Part shown: positions 1 to 11,404 of the stretch, piece after piece
Layout of the letters: every line of letters begins with the position of its first letter
How positions within the stretch are numbered: the stretch's first letter is position 1
Origin: Candidatus Bathyarchaeota archaeon
GTDB taxonomy: Archaea; Thermoproteota; Bathyarchaeia; 40CM-2-53-6
Direction of reading: 5' to 3'
DNA length: 64,000 bases
Assembly: GCA_963833125.1 (NCBI GenBank)
Contig: CAWHWX010000032.1
Coordinates: forward strand, 1 to 64,000
Position numbers and translations under genes: made by a program
The notes under the pieces: generated by a model
What the model was told of the DNA's origin: nothing
Seen by the model: only the letters and a program-made list of their open reading frames with translations
Database searches by the model: none

Positions 1-3
1 TAC

Positions 4-1544
4 ATGACCGTGGAAGGATTTCAAAAGCACTTCTCCGAAGAGGCAAAATTCTTTGCAAGACACGGTTACGCATTCGTTGTACAAGACTGTCGTGGGAAGA
101 ACGATTCTGAAGGGTCGTTCCACCCATTCTTTGATGATCCATCCGACGGATTCGACACTCTGAATTGGTGCGCAAGACAGGAGTGGTCCAATGGCGAGTT
201 GGGCACGATCGGAGCTTCGTATCAGGCCTGGAATCAATGGGCCGCAGCAACCCTCAGTCCTCCGAAGCTCCGGGCTATGGTTTCGATAGTGCGTTACCAG
301 ATCCGGTCCTGAATGTTCCGTTTCAGAATGGGGCGTTGGTCTTGTGGATGGCTGAATGGATGGCGATGGTTGACGGAAGGAAGAACACTGATCCATCAAT
401 CTACGATTCGTTGAAGCTCTACAATCACTTACCCCTCAAGACAATGGACGAGGAATTTGGAAGAAAGCAATCGCTAATTTGGCAAAACTGGATGCGCCAT
501 CCTTCTGCAGACGACTACTGGAAGGCCTCATTCTATCAGGACAAGTTTAGTCAAATCGATGTCCCAGCCTTACATGTTTCGGGCTGGTATGACGACGACG
601 TCATAGGCACACACATCAACTATACGGGCATGAGAAAATCTGCCAAGTCAGAACACGCTAGAAATAATCAGAAGTTGATAATTGGCCCGTGGCAACACCA
701 TGTTAACGTAACGAGACAATTAGGGGCGATCGATTTCGGGCAGTCAGCACTAATTGATTTGCGAAAGATAGAACTGGACTGGTTTGACTACTGGCTTAAA
801 GGAATGGAAACCGGGATAATGAAACAGCCCAAAGTCGATATTTTCACAATGGGCAAGAACGCATGGAAAAGGATGGATTCGTGGCCTCTCGAAAAGACTG
901 AGTACGTGAAATACTTTCTTCATAGCAACGGTAAGTCGAACACTTCAACGGGAGACGGAAAGCTCTCTACAACTAAACCCAACAAAGCAGAACCCTATGA
1001 TTCCTATAATTACGACCCAGCCGACCCGAGTCCTAACATATTCGACACGTCTACAATGCCCGCCGAAGGCCCCTATGACCAGCGACCTATCGAGAGACGC
1101 AATGATGTTCTCGTATACTCCACTTCCATCCTCGATGATGACTTAGACGTTACCGGCCCGGTGAGAGTCAAACTATTCGCTTCCACTTCTGCCCGTGATA
1201 CTGATTTTTGGGCGCAGCTTGTTGATGTGTTTCCGAATGGGTATTCAATGCATTTGACTGAGGGAATAATCAGGGCAAGGTATCGGAACTCGCTCGAAAA
1301 ACAGGAACTCATGGAGCCCGATCGAGTCTATGAATTTGATATCGATTTATGGGTCACAAGCAACGTCTTTCAAAGAGGCCACGTTGTCAGGCTTGATGTT
1401 TCGAGCAGTTCTTTTCCAAAATACGATCGCAACCCTAATACTGGTAATGAATTTGGCACGGACGTGATTCTGAAAACTGCTAGTCAAAGAATATACCATG
1501 ATGAGGAGCATCCGTCCCATATTCTCCTCCCCACAATCACATAG
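4..1544 (+). CDS. CocE/NonD family (X-Pro dipeptidyl-peptidase-like) hydrolase, 5' part probably outside window, frameshift near 290
   Basis: ORFs 4..312 and 165..1544 join. Motifs GYAFVVQDCRG, nucleophile GASY, GWYD, GPWQH and C-terminal PepX-like domain (SSSFPKYDRNPNTG). Confidence 0.85.
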
Positions 1545-1558
1545 AACCGCCCAACGGC

Positions 1559-2276
1559 GTGAACTTTCTTTTGGTCCGAAGCGAAACTACAGCGAGTGCT
1601 AGGACGGAATTTCTCGCCGGGATTAGAGCCATGTTGCCCATTCTTCTCGGAGCGATCCCGTTTGCGGTAACTTACGGTGTGTTGGCTTTTGCGGGTGGGT
1701 TCGGTGTTCTAGCGGCTCTTGGCATGTCGTCCATAGTTTTTGCCGGCTCAGCACAGTTCGTGGCTGTACACCTCTTCACTATCGCTGCACCTGTGGTGGT
1801 CATTGTCGTTACCACTTTTATGGTGAACTTACGCCACGCCCTCTACAGCGCAGTCCCTCTCTCCTCATCTCAAACATCTTCGTTCACTCTGGAAGTGGAT
1901 TCTCAGTTACCTTCTCACCGATGAAGCCTACGCCGTAACCATCACACACTACGATCAAGTTGGGACTTCACCGAACGCACATTGGTTCTTCCTTGGAGCA
2001 GGACTAACAATGTGGATTACGTGGCAGGCAAGCACGGCTGTAGGTATTTTCCTAGGAGAGGTCATTCCAAAAGATCTGCCCCTAGACTTCGCCATCACCT
2101 TGACATTCATCGCCCTCCTCGTCCCGATGCTCAGAGACAAACTCAGCGTTGTAGTATGCTTGACCGCGGGGGTGATCGCGGTCCTTTCTATCGATCTTCC
2201 ACTTAGCTTGAACCTCGTACTGGCGGTGATCATCGCCGTAACAATCGGTCTCGCATTGGAACGAATTAGGCAATGA
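1559..2276 (+). CDS. azlC: AzlC family branched-chain amino acid exporter (frameshift near 1855)
   Basis: MSSIVFAGSAQF and VNLRHALY motifs; LTDEAYA follows in a shifted frame, then ORF 2010..2276. Confidence 0.85.
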
Positions 2277-2612
2277 AGTAGTTTTGCTAAATCCTCAAAC
2301 GGTTTGGTTAACCATCTTCGCGATGGGCGCGATCACGTTCGCGCTAAGACTGTCGTTTATCGTGTTCCTGGGACGAATTAGTCTCCCCCGTCCGTAAAGC
2401 GTGGGTTGGATTTTGTGCCTCCAGCCGTCTTCGCCGCATTGATCTTTCCCGACCTCCTCCGATACACCATGATAGCTCCGTTATCCCTTCACATGGATGC
2501 CCGCCTCATTGCGGGAATAATTGCAGTAATAGTAGCCTGGCGCACGAAAAACGTGTTGTTGACAATTGGCGTAGGATTCGCGGTTTTGTTCCTATTGCAA
2601 TTACTTACATGA
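2273..2612 (+). CDS. azlD: AzlD family membrane protein (frameshift near 2390)
   Basis: Overlaps the azlC stop; FVPPAVFAALIFP and VAWRTKNVLLTI motifs. Confidence 0.75.
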
Positions 2613-2653
2613 GTAAGAATGCGCTCGCAAAACAATAGCAGTCGCACAATGAT

Positions 2654-3302
2654 TCATTCGGCGTGTTGTTTTGTTTCGTTACGGAGGCAGTCGAAGAGTA
2701 GCATGGTAACGTAGGCTCCTGGGTCGGGCCTTCCGAGCGTCTGCTCTCCGAGATACCTAGCCTTTCCTTGCTTTGCCACAACGCTCTTGGTTTGTTCATA
2801 GCCGGTCTCAGCAGCATTGGCCGCGTCTCCCAGTGCTAACAGAAGAGACGTCCCTTTGGCAGCTGAATTCTTGAGGGATGCCACCGCCGGATCAAGCACG
2901 TCGATAAGTGTCTTGTCGCCGACGTGCGCACGCCCGCGAGCTTCCACCTCTCCCAAGGAGGACTCAAACATGACCGCTAACTCCGTTACACCTAATTCAG
3001 TTCTTGATTTGGCAGCATTTCCTGCTCGATGCGAAGAGCGTACCGAATATCGGGCCTGCCGCACCTCCCGCCGACGCCAGTATTGATTTCCCAACCTCCG
3101 ACAAGAGGGCGCCAGCGTCGCCGTTTCTGGAAGATTCGAGAACTTTCAGGACATTACTGAACGCCACGTACAAGGTTGTCCCGAGGTCTCCGTCCCCGCA
3201 AGCCGCGTCCATCCTGTTCAATTCATCTTTCGATCGAAGAATCCGCTGAGTAAAGTTCAGAAGAAAGTTTCTGAGTTGTGGGTAGGAGAGGGACTCGCCC
3301 AA
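2654..3302 (-). CDS. dhaL: Dihydroxyacetone kinase subunit L (frameshift near 3040)
   Basis: DAACGDGDLG, GGAAGPIFG, GDKTLID and GKARYLGE...PDPGA motifs. Confidence 0.88.
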
Positions 3303-3314
3303 CGAAACACCCTT

Positions 3315-4330
3315 TCAGGATTCCGGAATCGCTCCGCACGATCGATAGGCCGGGGTGATCGCCGGTGCATCGAAACAATTCTTCAACTCTGGGTCGAGAC
3401 GCATCAATGTCACTGAACATCCCCCCATTTCCTGTGACGTTAGGAAGTTGCCGACTTCCGTTCGATGAATCCGGATCCCCAGCTGCTTCAACAGCTGATG
3501 CGCTTTCCGGTTTACAATGAAGAGCTCCATCAGCGTCGTTGAACCATAGCCGTTGACGATAACGTTCACCTCATCTCCCTCCTTGAAGGGTAAATCGTTG
3601 ACGACCCCATTTACGAGAACCTGAGCAGTCTCATCTGCAGATAGCAACCCGGTCTTTCTGGGTTCCTTTCTCTCCGTGCGCTCCGATTCCGAAATACATC
3701 TCCTCTGGCCCGATCGTGAAAGTTGGTTGGCCGCTGGTAGGGACTGTTGCAGGGGATAGCGCGACTGCGAATGTGCGGGAGTTATCTCTAGCTCTGTCGG
3801 CTATCTTCTTCACTTCCGAGAGGCTCGCTCCTTCCTCGGCTTTTGCTCCTGCCACTTTGATTACGAAGAGATCCGCAGCTAATCCACGCCTTTCTTGAAC
3901 CTTGTTAGGAGGGGCCGAGGCTACATCATCCCAGACTGCGCACCGTAGCGGTTTCGATTCCTTCCCCTTTCGCACTTTCCGCTGCAATATCGAAGTTCAT
4001 GGTATCCCCTGCGTAATTTCCGTAAACATACAATATGCCCTTCCCACCGTTTGCCGCCCTCGTACCATCAAGAATCATTGGTGGTGAAGGGGCTGAGAAC
4101 ACCTCGCCAAGCACGGCTGCATCAGCCATTCCGTACCCTACCCAACCGATGAAGAGTGGTTCATGTCCGCTGCCTCCTCCGACGACGACACCTACTTTAC
4201 CGGAAATAGGTGCGTGTTGCCGTGCGACGACGTGTGGGTTGACAAGTTTGACAAATTGGCTGTATGCGTTGGTGAACCCTTCGATACTTTCTATGGTCAC
4301 GTTAAAGGGATCGTTGATGAGCTTCTTCAA
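3315..4330 (-). CDS. dhaK: Dihydroxyacetone kinase subunit K (two frameshifts)
   Basis: MKKLIN, GGGSGHEP, NYAGD, DDVAS, RRGLA, GIGAHGE and TSQEMGG motifs across three ORFs. Confidence 0.9.
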
Positions 4331-4474
4331 TCCAACATCACTGAAAAGGCAGGATTCGTAATCCAGCCTCGGCTTAGAACTTAGCCTATCGGTTCAATAT
4401 TCAAGGACGACGGCTGGTCAGCTGGTAACGGCTCATTACTAGTTGAGATGTAGCGCTCGTGAGGTTGAGTGAGG

Positions 4475-4864
4475 CTAAGTTACTTTTCTCTTTGCTACCA
4501 ATACGTAGGCGGTAAGAACCATGAGGACAACCTGAGCGACGAAGACCTGAACATTTCCGGGTGGCATCCAATCCATTGAGAAACCAAATGCCTGGCCGCC
4601 CGACAAGGGAGTCGGAGTCGTGGCCGTTACCAGGATCAGAAGGTTGTCGATGAGTGACAAGACGAAAAGGCCGATGACGGCAGGTTTGAACAGCTTGCCT
4701 GTTGTCAAAGCCGCAATACCGCCGACAGCGAAGAGAATTGTCGCAACCAGGAAGTACCCTCCAATGGAGAGTGAAAAGGATATGAATTGCACGTAGAAAG
4801 CATGCGAAATCGCATCGACTAAAGCAACCACTAGAATTGTGACGTTGATTGCGGAGAATTTCAT
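4475..4864 (-). CDS. Hypothetical 4-TM membrane protein
   Basis: 129-aa hydrophobic ORF with an upstream TATA-like element. Confidence 0.6.
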   Translation of the reverse strand: MKFSAINVTILVVALVDAISHAFYVQFISFSLSIGGYFLVATILFAVGGIAALTTGKLFKPAVIGLFVLSLIDNLLILVTATTPTPLSGGQAFGFSMDWMPPGNVQVFVAQVVLMVLTAYVLVAKRKVT

Positions 4865-4966
4865 GGGACTTACCTGTTCGTCGGGGGAAGCTGTCTTAAA
4901 CTATTTAAACTTACTATGCGTGTAGTAGCATGAAGGACTACCTTGCCCACCCGGGCTACATTTCAA

Positions 4967-5326
4967 CTAAGTTTCGGGATGATTTGTCTGCCGGTACAGT
5001 TGATCTGTCTTCGCGGCCATGATGAAGTCGTTTCTATGCAGCCCTTTGATCTTGTGCGTCCACCATGAGACGCCGACGCTTCCCCATTCAGTCACAATCA
5101 TGGGATGGTGCCCCTCACGCTCAGCCAGCTCACCCACACGAACTGTGAAGCTCAAGGCTTCAGCGAAGTTCTTGAATTTGAAAACGTGTTCCAAACGTTT
5201 GATGGAATCCTTTTCCCCAATCTGCCAATCAGAAACTTGACTGCGTAATTGCTTGATTTCGTCATCCGTAGCCGTCGGCTCTCCTCCTCGACAGGGAACG
5301 CATTTTGAATCGGAAAGTGTGGTCAT
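4967..5326 (-). CDS. Pterin-4-alpha-carbinolamine dehydratase
   Basis: FKFKNF, AEREGHHP, WWTH and NDFIMAAK motifs. Confidence 0.9.
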   Translation of the reverse strand: MTTLSDSKCVPCRGGEPTATDDEIKQLRSQVSDWQIGEKDSIKRLEHVFKFKNFAEALSFTVRVGELAEREGHHPMIVTEWGSVGVSWWTHKIKGLHRNDFIMAAKTDQLYRQTNHPET

Positions 5327-5494
5327 TGAGATATCGCAGATTGGAACCATGTATTAGATAGTAAGGATTTCTTTTGACAGTTTCCTTTTCCTGTAGCTGA
5401 ACAATTCTCTGCACTTCGAATCCATTGCAGATTAAGCTCGGCTAAGGGCTAACCAGTTGCCGATCTAGCTTTCAAGTGGTGAAAGGAAGCGACG

Positions 5495-8400
5495 TCAGGT
5501 CACGATCTTGGATTGCGCCTTCTCGAGGTCTCGCTTTGCTCCCAATTTTCTGAAGATTTCCGTCGCCTGCTGGAGATATTTCCTTGAGCCCTCAATGTTC
5601 GTTTCTGCTATGGCTTCAGAGTAGGCTACGAGAGCCTTCGCATGGTAGTAGGGCCAACCAGCTTTCTCCCACAAAGCTAGGCACTCGAGATAAGCTGCCT
5701 CCGCGCCCTTTCGATCGTCAACAGCAAGTAGAAGGCTTGCTTCAGCTTGCAGCCCCAATGCCATGCATGCCGTACTATTCAGTTGCACCGCAAGTCGCTT
5801 GGCCCATTGAGAACTGTTCCGCGCCTTGTCAATTTCTCCTTGCCTAGCGTAGATTAGGGTCAAGTAGAGCAGTGTTTCGATGTGATTTAGCGGCTGAGTG
5901 CTGAATTCAGCACCTTTGAAGGCATCAACATTTGATTCGAAATAAACCCTAGCTTCCTCGTCTCTTTCTTGTTCCATTCGGAGTTGACCTAATTCCAAAT
6001 TAACCTCAACAAGGGAACTCATAGTTGAATCTCGCTTGATCAACGATTGAAGAAATCTTTCAAATTCATCTGAACTTCCTTCTAATGCATACTGAAGCTT
6101 CGCTCTTCTGAGCTTGTAGTAGTCTGCTGGAGCCGATCCGAGCCGGTCGAAGATTTCGAAGGCCTTGTCGCCTTCATTACGTGCGTTCGCCCAGTCTCCT
6201 TTTAGCATGTCAACATACGACAACCATCCCAAAGAGGTAGCCTGCATCACAATGTCGTTCAATCTAATTGCTAACTCTAAGCGTTTCAGCATGAATTCGC
6301 GAGCCTTAGTGAGGTCTCTGGGATACCAGTATACACCCAAGTTAAGAGAAGCCCGAAAGGCTTGAAGGTATTGTTCGTGTTGCAGTGATAATTCGAGAGC
6401 TCTTTCCCAGAGCGTAAGGCCTTCATCGATCCTGCCTGTGTCAGTTAGGAGGGCACCCTTATTGCCAATTGCCATTGAGATGGCCTCGAAGTTACCGCTT
6501 TTCTCTCCCGCCTCCAAACCCCGTTCGGTCCAACTGGCGACTTCGCTACGTTCCTCGCATAAACCATGAAACCAAGCTAACCTCGAATAAATCGCGGCGG
6601 CCTCAAAGCTTTCCTGACCTGATTCAATATACTTGAGGCCTCGTTCCAGCACCGAGATCGCTTCATGGTAGGCTACCGATTCGTTACCTCCTCCACGAGA
6701 GATCGCATCGGATAGTCCAACAGATATTCGTGCGCACGCCGTGAAGTCGTTCAGTCCACTAAAGATTGAGCGTGCTTCCTCATAGGACCGCGCGCTTTCT
6801 TTGGGCTTGCCAGCATAAAAGTAGCATCCAGCCAGTTTCTCGAGAACCGCCGCCCTATTCTCGTTCTTACCTTCTTCAAGATCCATTAGATCAGATGCAC
6901 GCTTGAAGTCTTGGATAGCAGGGGCGTACGCATGAACAGACATATTTCTGTCCCCCGCCATGATTGAGTACCTGAGGGTTCGCTCCTTGTCGCCGGCTTC
7001 AGAGTAATGAGAGGCTAGGGCTTCGGCATGAGATTCAGGGGACTTCAGGTAATGCTTCTCCATAGACTCTGCAATCTTCAGATGATACCTCCGACGTTTG
7101 AGCAGGATCAGATCCTCGAGCAACAACTCACGGACTCGTGGGTCCGCGAACCTGAGTCTGCCCTGCTCCATCGGGAGTTCAACGACCAGTCCTTGATTTA
7201 TGGTGGCTTCAAGCCTCTCAAGCAGCATGTCCTCAGTGAGTTGCAAGGCCTCCTTTAGAACCTCGAAATCAAACTCAGATCCTATGACCGCGGCCCATTG
7301 AAGTATCGAAAGAGTTTCGGGGTCGAGTTTCGTCAGCCGAGCGCGCAACGCTGTTTTAACGCTTCTTGGAACTGTAAGATCTTGGATTGGTTTTCGTTCC
7401 CATCCCTTATCCGTACGATAAATTGTTCCATCCTCAACGAGCGCGCGAAGAACCTCCTCAACGAAGAATGGATTCCCCCCTGTTCTCTCAAAGATTAGCT
7501 CCGCAAACTCATTAGAGAGTGCCTGTTCGCCGAAAATGTCTTTGATTAGTTTTGTCGTGCCCTGTAGATCTAGGCCCTTTACCGAAATAGTCTCCAGAAG
7601 TCGCTGCTTGTTGAATTTCATCAGGGTCTGTTCAAGGGGACTTTCTGCTTCAATGTCCCGTTCTGGAGGCAGAGAGCAAACAATCAAAACGCGCGATTCG
7701 TTGCTGCTCCTGACTAAGTATTCGAGCAAATCCAATGATGGCTGATCGGCGTATTGCATATCATCAAATAGCAAGAGGAGCGGAGATTCATTACAAATGG
7801 AAATGAAGCATTGTGTGACAGCCTCGAAGAAGCGCAGCTTATCCTGTTGTTCTCCGAGAGACTTGGGTGGAGGGATAGTTCCAACTTTTACAGCAAGGTC
7901 CGGAACTAACTTCACAAGCTCAGAAGCATTGGGGCCTAGCATTCTTTGCAAAACCTCGCCAGAAGTTTGTGCCACATATTGCCTTGCTATTTCAATCCAA
8001 GGCGCGTATGCTAGTCCGTCTTCTGATGCGGTACCGGACAAGACCAGTGCATTCTTGGACCTGGCGTAAATCGCCAGCTCGTGCATGAGGCGTGTTTTGC
8101 CTACACCAGCCTCACCCTGCATCGCAACCACCGACCCTCGACCACCCAGTGCGTTTTCAAAAGATGCCTTGAGCCTGGAGAGTTCGTCGTTTCGACTCAC
8201 TAGGGGGGTTAGCCAACGGGGTTCCTTGGATGGCGCGGCTGCGACGGTAGCCGATGGTTCGAATCGTCGTGGCTGAGAGGTCAAATCGATTAGTGACAGT
8301 TCTTTCTCGACAGCTTCGACGCCATGCATCCATTTTATGCGAAGTGATTTCTGTCCCTTTTCCTCGACGATTTCCAGATTACCGTCGAAGAGGCCTACAA

Positions 8401-8932
8401 CGGCTTGGACATCTTCACCGGAATGCATGTATGGGTTCAAAACGGCTAGGGTCGTGGTTGTCTTTGATCGCAATCGTTCTAGCAGTTCTGTTAGCCACTT
8501 TCGTGTTTGGAGGCCCTTGTGGCGAAGCAGAACGTCGGACAAGATGTCGAGTACAATACGTTTCGGTTGAATGGACGATAACGCATCATTGATCTGAAGG
8601 TTAAGGTCGGTGAGATTATCAATTGCCTTACCCGGAATCACGTTCTTCGAGGGTGGAACAGGTTTGTCGCTGCAAACCAGAACCTTGACTCTTTGACCTG
8701 AATTATTCGCGAGGACCTCGGCGGATGAAAGCGTTCGACAGATCAGCAGACTCCCATCCGGTTCTACTTGCAGAAACTGTTTGAGTAGGGTCGGGACCTC
8801 GTCGCCCGCCGCGGCATTCAACACAACCATTGATCCCGCAAGGAATCCACCTTGAAGAGCCTTATCTAACGTAGCGTACCCAGTTGAAACCTTACTCTTC
8901 ATTGAAGTGGCAGGAGCTGACTTTTCGGTCAA
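5495..8932 (-). CDS. RAD55/KaiC-like domain + STAND AAA ATPase + TPR protein
   Basis: N-terminal STGYATLDKALQGG with degenerate P-loop; Walker A GEAGVGKT, Walker B LLFDD, TGGNPFFVEE; TPR-like C-terminus. Confidence 0.85.
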   Translation of the reverse strand: MTEKSAPATSMKSKVSTGYATLDKALQGGFLAGSMVVLNAAAGDEVPTLLKQFLQVEPDGSLLICRTLSSAEVLANNSGQRVKVLVCSDKPVPPSKNVIPGKAIDNLTDLNLQINDALSSIQPKRIVLDILSDVLLRHKGLQTRKWLTELLERLRSKTTTTLAVLNPYMHSGEDVQAVVGLFDGNLEIVEEKGQKSLRIKWMHGVEAVEKELSLIDLTSQPRRFEPSATVAAAPSKEPRWLTPLVSRNDELSRLKASFENALGGRGSVVAMQGEAGVGKTRLMHELAIYARSKNALVLSGTASEDGLAYAPWIEIARQYVAQTSGEVLQRMLGPNASELVKLVPDLAVKVGTIPPPKSLGEQQDKLRFFEAVTQCFISICNESPLLLLFDDMQYADQPSLDLLEYLVRSSNESRVLIVCSLPPERDIEAESPLEQTLMKFNKQRLLETISVKGLDLQGTTKLIKDIFGEQALSNEFAELIFERTGGNPFFVEEVLRALVEDGTIYRTDKGWERKPIQDLTVPRSVKTALRARLTKLDPETLSILQWAAVIGSEFDFEVLKEALQLTEDMLLERLEATINQGLVVELPMEQGRLRFADPRVRELLLEDLILLKRRRYHLKIAESMEKHYLKSPESHAEALASHYSEAGDKERTLRYSIMAGDRNMSVHAYAPAIQDFKRASDLMDLEEGKNENRAAVLEKLAGCYFYAGKPKESARSYEEARSIFSGLNDFTACARISVGLSDAISRGGGNESVAYHEAISVLERGLKYIESGQESFEAAAIYSRLAWFHGLCEERSEVASWTERGLEAGEKSGNFEAISMAIGNKGALLTDTGRIDEGLTLWERALELSLQHEQYLQAFRASLNLGVYWYPRDLTKAREFMLKRLELAIRLNDIVMQATSLGWLSYVDMLKGDWANARNEGDKAFEIFDRLGSAPADYYKLRRAKLQYALEGSSDEFERFLQSLIKRDSTMSSLVEVNLELGQLRMEQERDEEARVYFESNVDAFKGAEFSTQPLNHIETLLYLTLIYARQGEIDKARNSSQWAKRLAVQLNSTACMALGLQAEASLLLAVDDRKGAEAAYLECLALWEKAGWPYYHAKALVAYSEAIAETNIEGSRKYLQQATEIFRKLGAKRDLEKAQSKIVT

Positions 8933-9224
8933 GTTTTTGCGAAGTCCCTAAACCTGAAGACGTGTAGGTTTCCCAAAAGAGGTTTACGGTCCGAGACATG
9001 AATCCCACTAATTTCTCATGAAACCGAGTGCAAAGTAAGCCTCAAGGAAAGGCGAGGAAGATCAAACACACATAACATTGCAGGCCGTCATCTACAAATC
9101 ATCTACAGATTAATGTCTAGATGGTGCAGGGTTTTGGCTTTTACACCCGTTTGGGTAACGCGTAGTTGTCGTTTGGTATAGGAAGGCGCGGCAAACCGTT
9201 TGGTAGTTTGGGATTTGCTGATTC

Positions 9225-9389
9225 TTACTTGTGCTTCGTGATAGTCTTTCGTCTGATAACGGCGTAACCAAAGATCATGAAGATGGCGAGTATTGGTAGG
9301 CCGAGTGGATATTCTGGAATAACGGTGTCGGGGCTGTTTATGATGTAACTGTTGGGTGAGGGACTATAAGTCGTGGGGCCAGAAGACAT
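9225..9389 (-). pseudogene. 54-aa stub carrying only the IPEYPLG sorting tail
   Basis: Hand translation MSSGPTTYSPSPNSYIINSPDTVIPEYPLGLPILAIFMIFGYAVIRRKTITKHK; no signal peptide. Confidence 0.7.
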
Positions 9390-9575
9390 CCACCCGCTTT
9401 GGCGGCCTTAAGCTACGCTTTCCGTTGTTGCTGGTATAATCTGAGCTGTATCATTCATCTTTATTTTGACTTTACGTTTCTTAACCATCCCGAACACTTC
9501 CTCTCTAGAAGCATGCCATGAACGTATTTAATGTGGCTTGGAGACCAGGTCGTAAAGAATAATTGCATTCCGTTT

Positions 9576-9907
<332 letters not shown>

Positions 9908-10036
9908 CTCCAGGCCACCCAGTTAACCCGTAAGGGTTCGCGGCGAGTCCGCGTGTGGCATAGGGTAAGCTCTTAAAGATTGTCACATCAAGCTTCAAAA
10001 GGCATCATGGATTCACAAGGGAGCTCGTGAGCACAC

Positions 10037-10339
10037 TTGAAGTTCAGCTTCGGCAAGAAACAAAGCGTAGATACCGTAGAACTAGACAGCCTCTTCACAG
10101 ACCTGAAGGGCGTCCTCCAGAAACACCCGTTAGTCCCTGCTGCCAACATAGACGTTCTCGTTTCAGAATGGATCAACGACCTTCTCTTCCTCGCCGGCAA
10201 GATCACTGAGAATGAACTCAAGGAAGCCATGCAAACTTTTGAAACCGCTGAAACCGCGGGCCAAGAAGGAGGCGAAGGAGGTAAAGCGGAGGAAGAGGAT
10301 GATGACGATTCAGAGGACGAAGACAAGCCGAACCAGTGA
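10037..10339 (+). CDS. Small hypothetical protein with acidic tail
   Basis: 100-aa ORF divergent from tRNA-Leu, ending EEEDDDDSEDED. Confidence 0.6.
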   Translation: MKFSFGKKQSVDTVELDSLFTDLKGVLQKHPLVPAANIDVLVSEWINDLLFLAGKITENELKEAMQTFETAETAGQEGGEGGKAEEEDDDDSEDEDKPNQ

Positions 10340-10374
10340 GACTCGACTAATCCTCGGATAGGACGTTCTCGTGG

Positions 10375-11106
10375 TTACGATATTGTGGTGACATTGATGT
10401 AGTTATTCGTGGGGCATAAGTCGCCGTTCGGACTGGTATTGTAGCCCTGGTACATTTGTCCGCTCACAGTCACCCATGTCCCACTGCTTGGGGTGTTGGA
10501 GGGTAGATTGTGTAGGGCGTAGTACTCGTAGACGTTGGTCGTTGTGTAGGACGGGTAGGGGTTGTTGGTTGTGGAGATTGCGAGAAGTGTACATCCGTTT
10601 TGGGCTTGGTACAAGATGCCGGAACAGGTCACGCTACTGGACGACCCTGACGATTCGCAGGATGAGTAATAGTTCCCGTAACCATTGTAGTAGTTTGGAT
10701 AGTAGTAATAATAATTCGATGGGCCATAACAGCCGTAGTAATAGCAGGGCTGATAGTTCCCGTAGCTTCCGTAATTTCCATAGTTGCCATAGTTTCCATA
10801 ATTTCCATAGTTTCCATAATTTCCATAACTTCCGTAACCATACCCGTTGGGCGCGGAGTTCGTAAGAGTAACGACACTGGTTGCCGTGCTGACGCTCGTT
10901 ACGGCTTGGGTTTGGACAAAGTAGACGCTTTGGGTATTCGTCTGGATTTGCTGTTGTGTGACGGTGACGATGTGTGGGTTGAGTGCGGTGTAACCTGCGA
11001 AAGCCAAACTCAGAAGAGTAACCAGCACGAGACCACCAATGGCCACCGACCGCCTACCATTCCCCTTTGGATTGCCCGTTCCAGCAGGCGGGCTTGTTTG
11101 GCTCAT
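10375..11106 (-). CDS. Membrane-anchored Tyr/Gly/Asn-rich protein
   Basis: N-terminal TM helix, (YGN)n repeat, Cys-containing C-terminal domain. Confidence 0.7.
   Translation of the reverse strand: MSQTSPPAGTGNPKGNGRRSVAIGGLVLVTLLSLAFAGYTALNPHIVTVTQQQIQTNTQSVYFVQTQAVTSVSTATSVVTLTNSAPNGYGYGSYGNYGNYGNYGNYGNYGNYGSYGNYQPCYYYGCYGPSNYYYYYPNYYNGYGNYYSSCESSGSSSSVTCSGILYQAQNGCTLLAISTTNNPYPSYTTTNVYEYYALHNLPSNTPSSGTWVTVSGQMYQGYNTSPNGDLCPTNNYINVTTIS
10758..10843 (-). repeat. 9-bp coding tandem repeat (YGN/YGS units)
   Basis: ccatagttt/ccataattt units repeated about 9 times. Confidence 0.85.
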
Positions 11107-11404
11107 AATTTCTCTAATGGAAGGTGGTGTGTGGAGTGATTAAAGGTATTTCCACCAGGTAGAAACGGAACCGCGTGCCATTCGTGGAGGGTGGGGGGAC
11201 GTAGTTTTCTATGGCGGGTAAGGAAAGGATGATTTGGCGATACTATAAGCTAGTTTTGAGGGGCAGGAACGTTCGACGATCATGGGTTGTCTTTGAAACA
11301 GCTGCATTTCTTCGCCCTATGTGTAGAACAACCAACCAATCTGTGATCCTTGCAACCACAAATCACACAATGTTTCTCTGATCCCAAATGATTCGCCTCC
11401 AAGA

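Noticed and set aside
9089-9123. CATCTACA(A/G)AT tandem, reminiscent of a Cas12a repeat stem
   Set aside because: Two 11-bp copies, no spacers and no cas genes.
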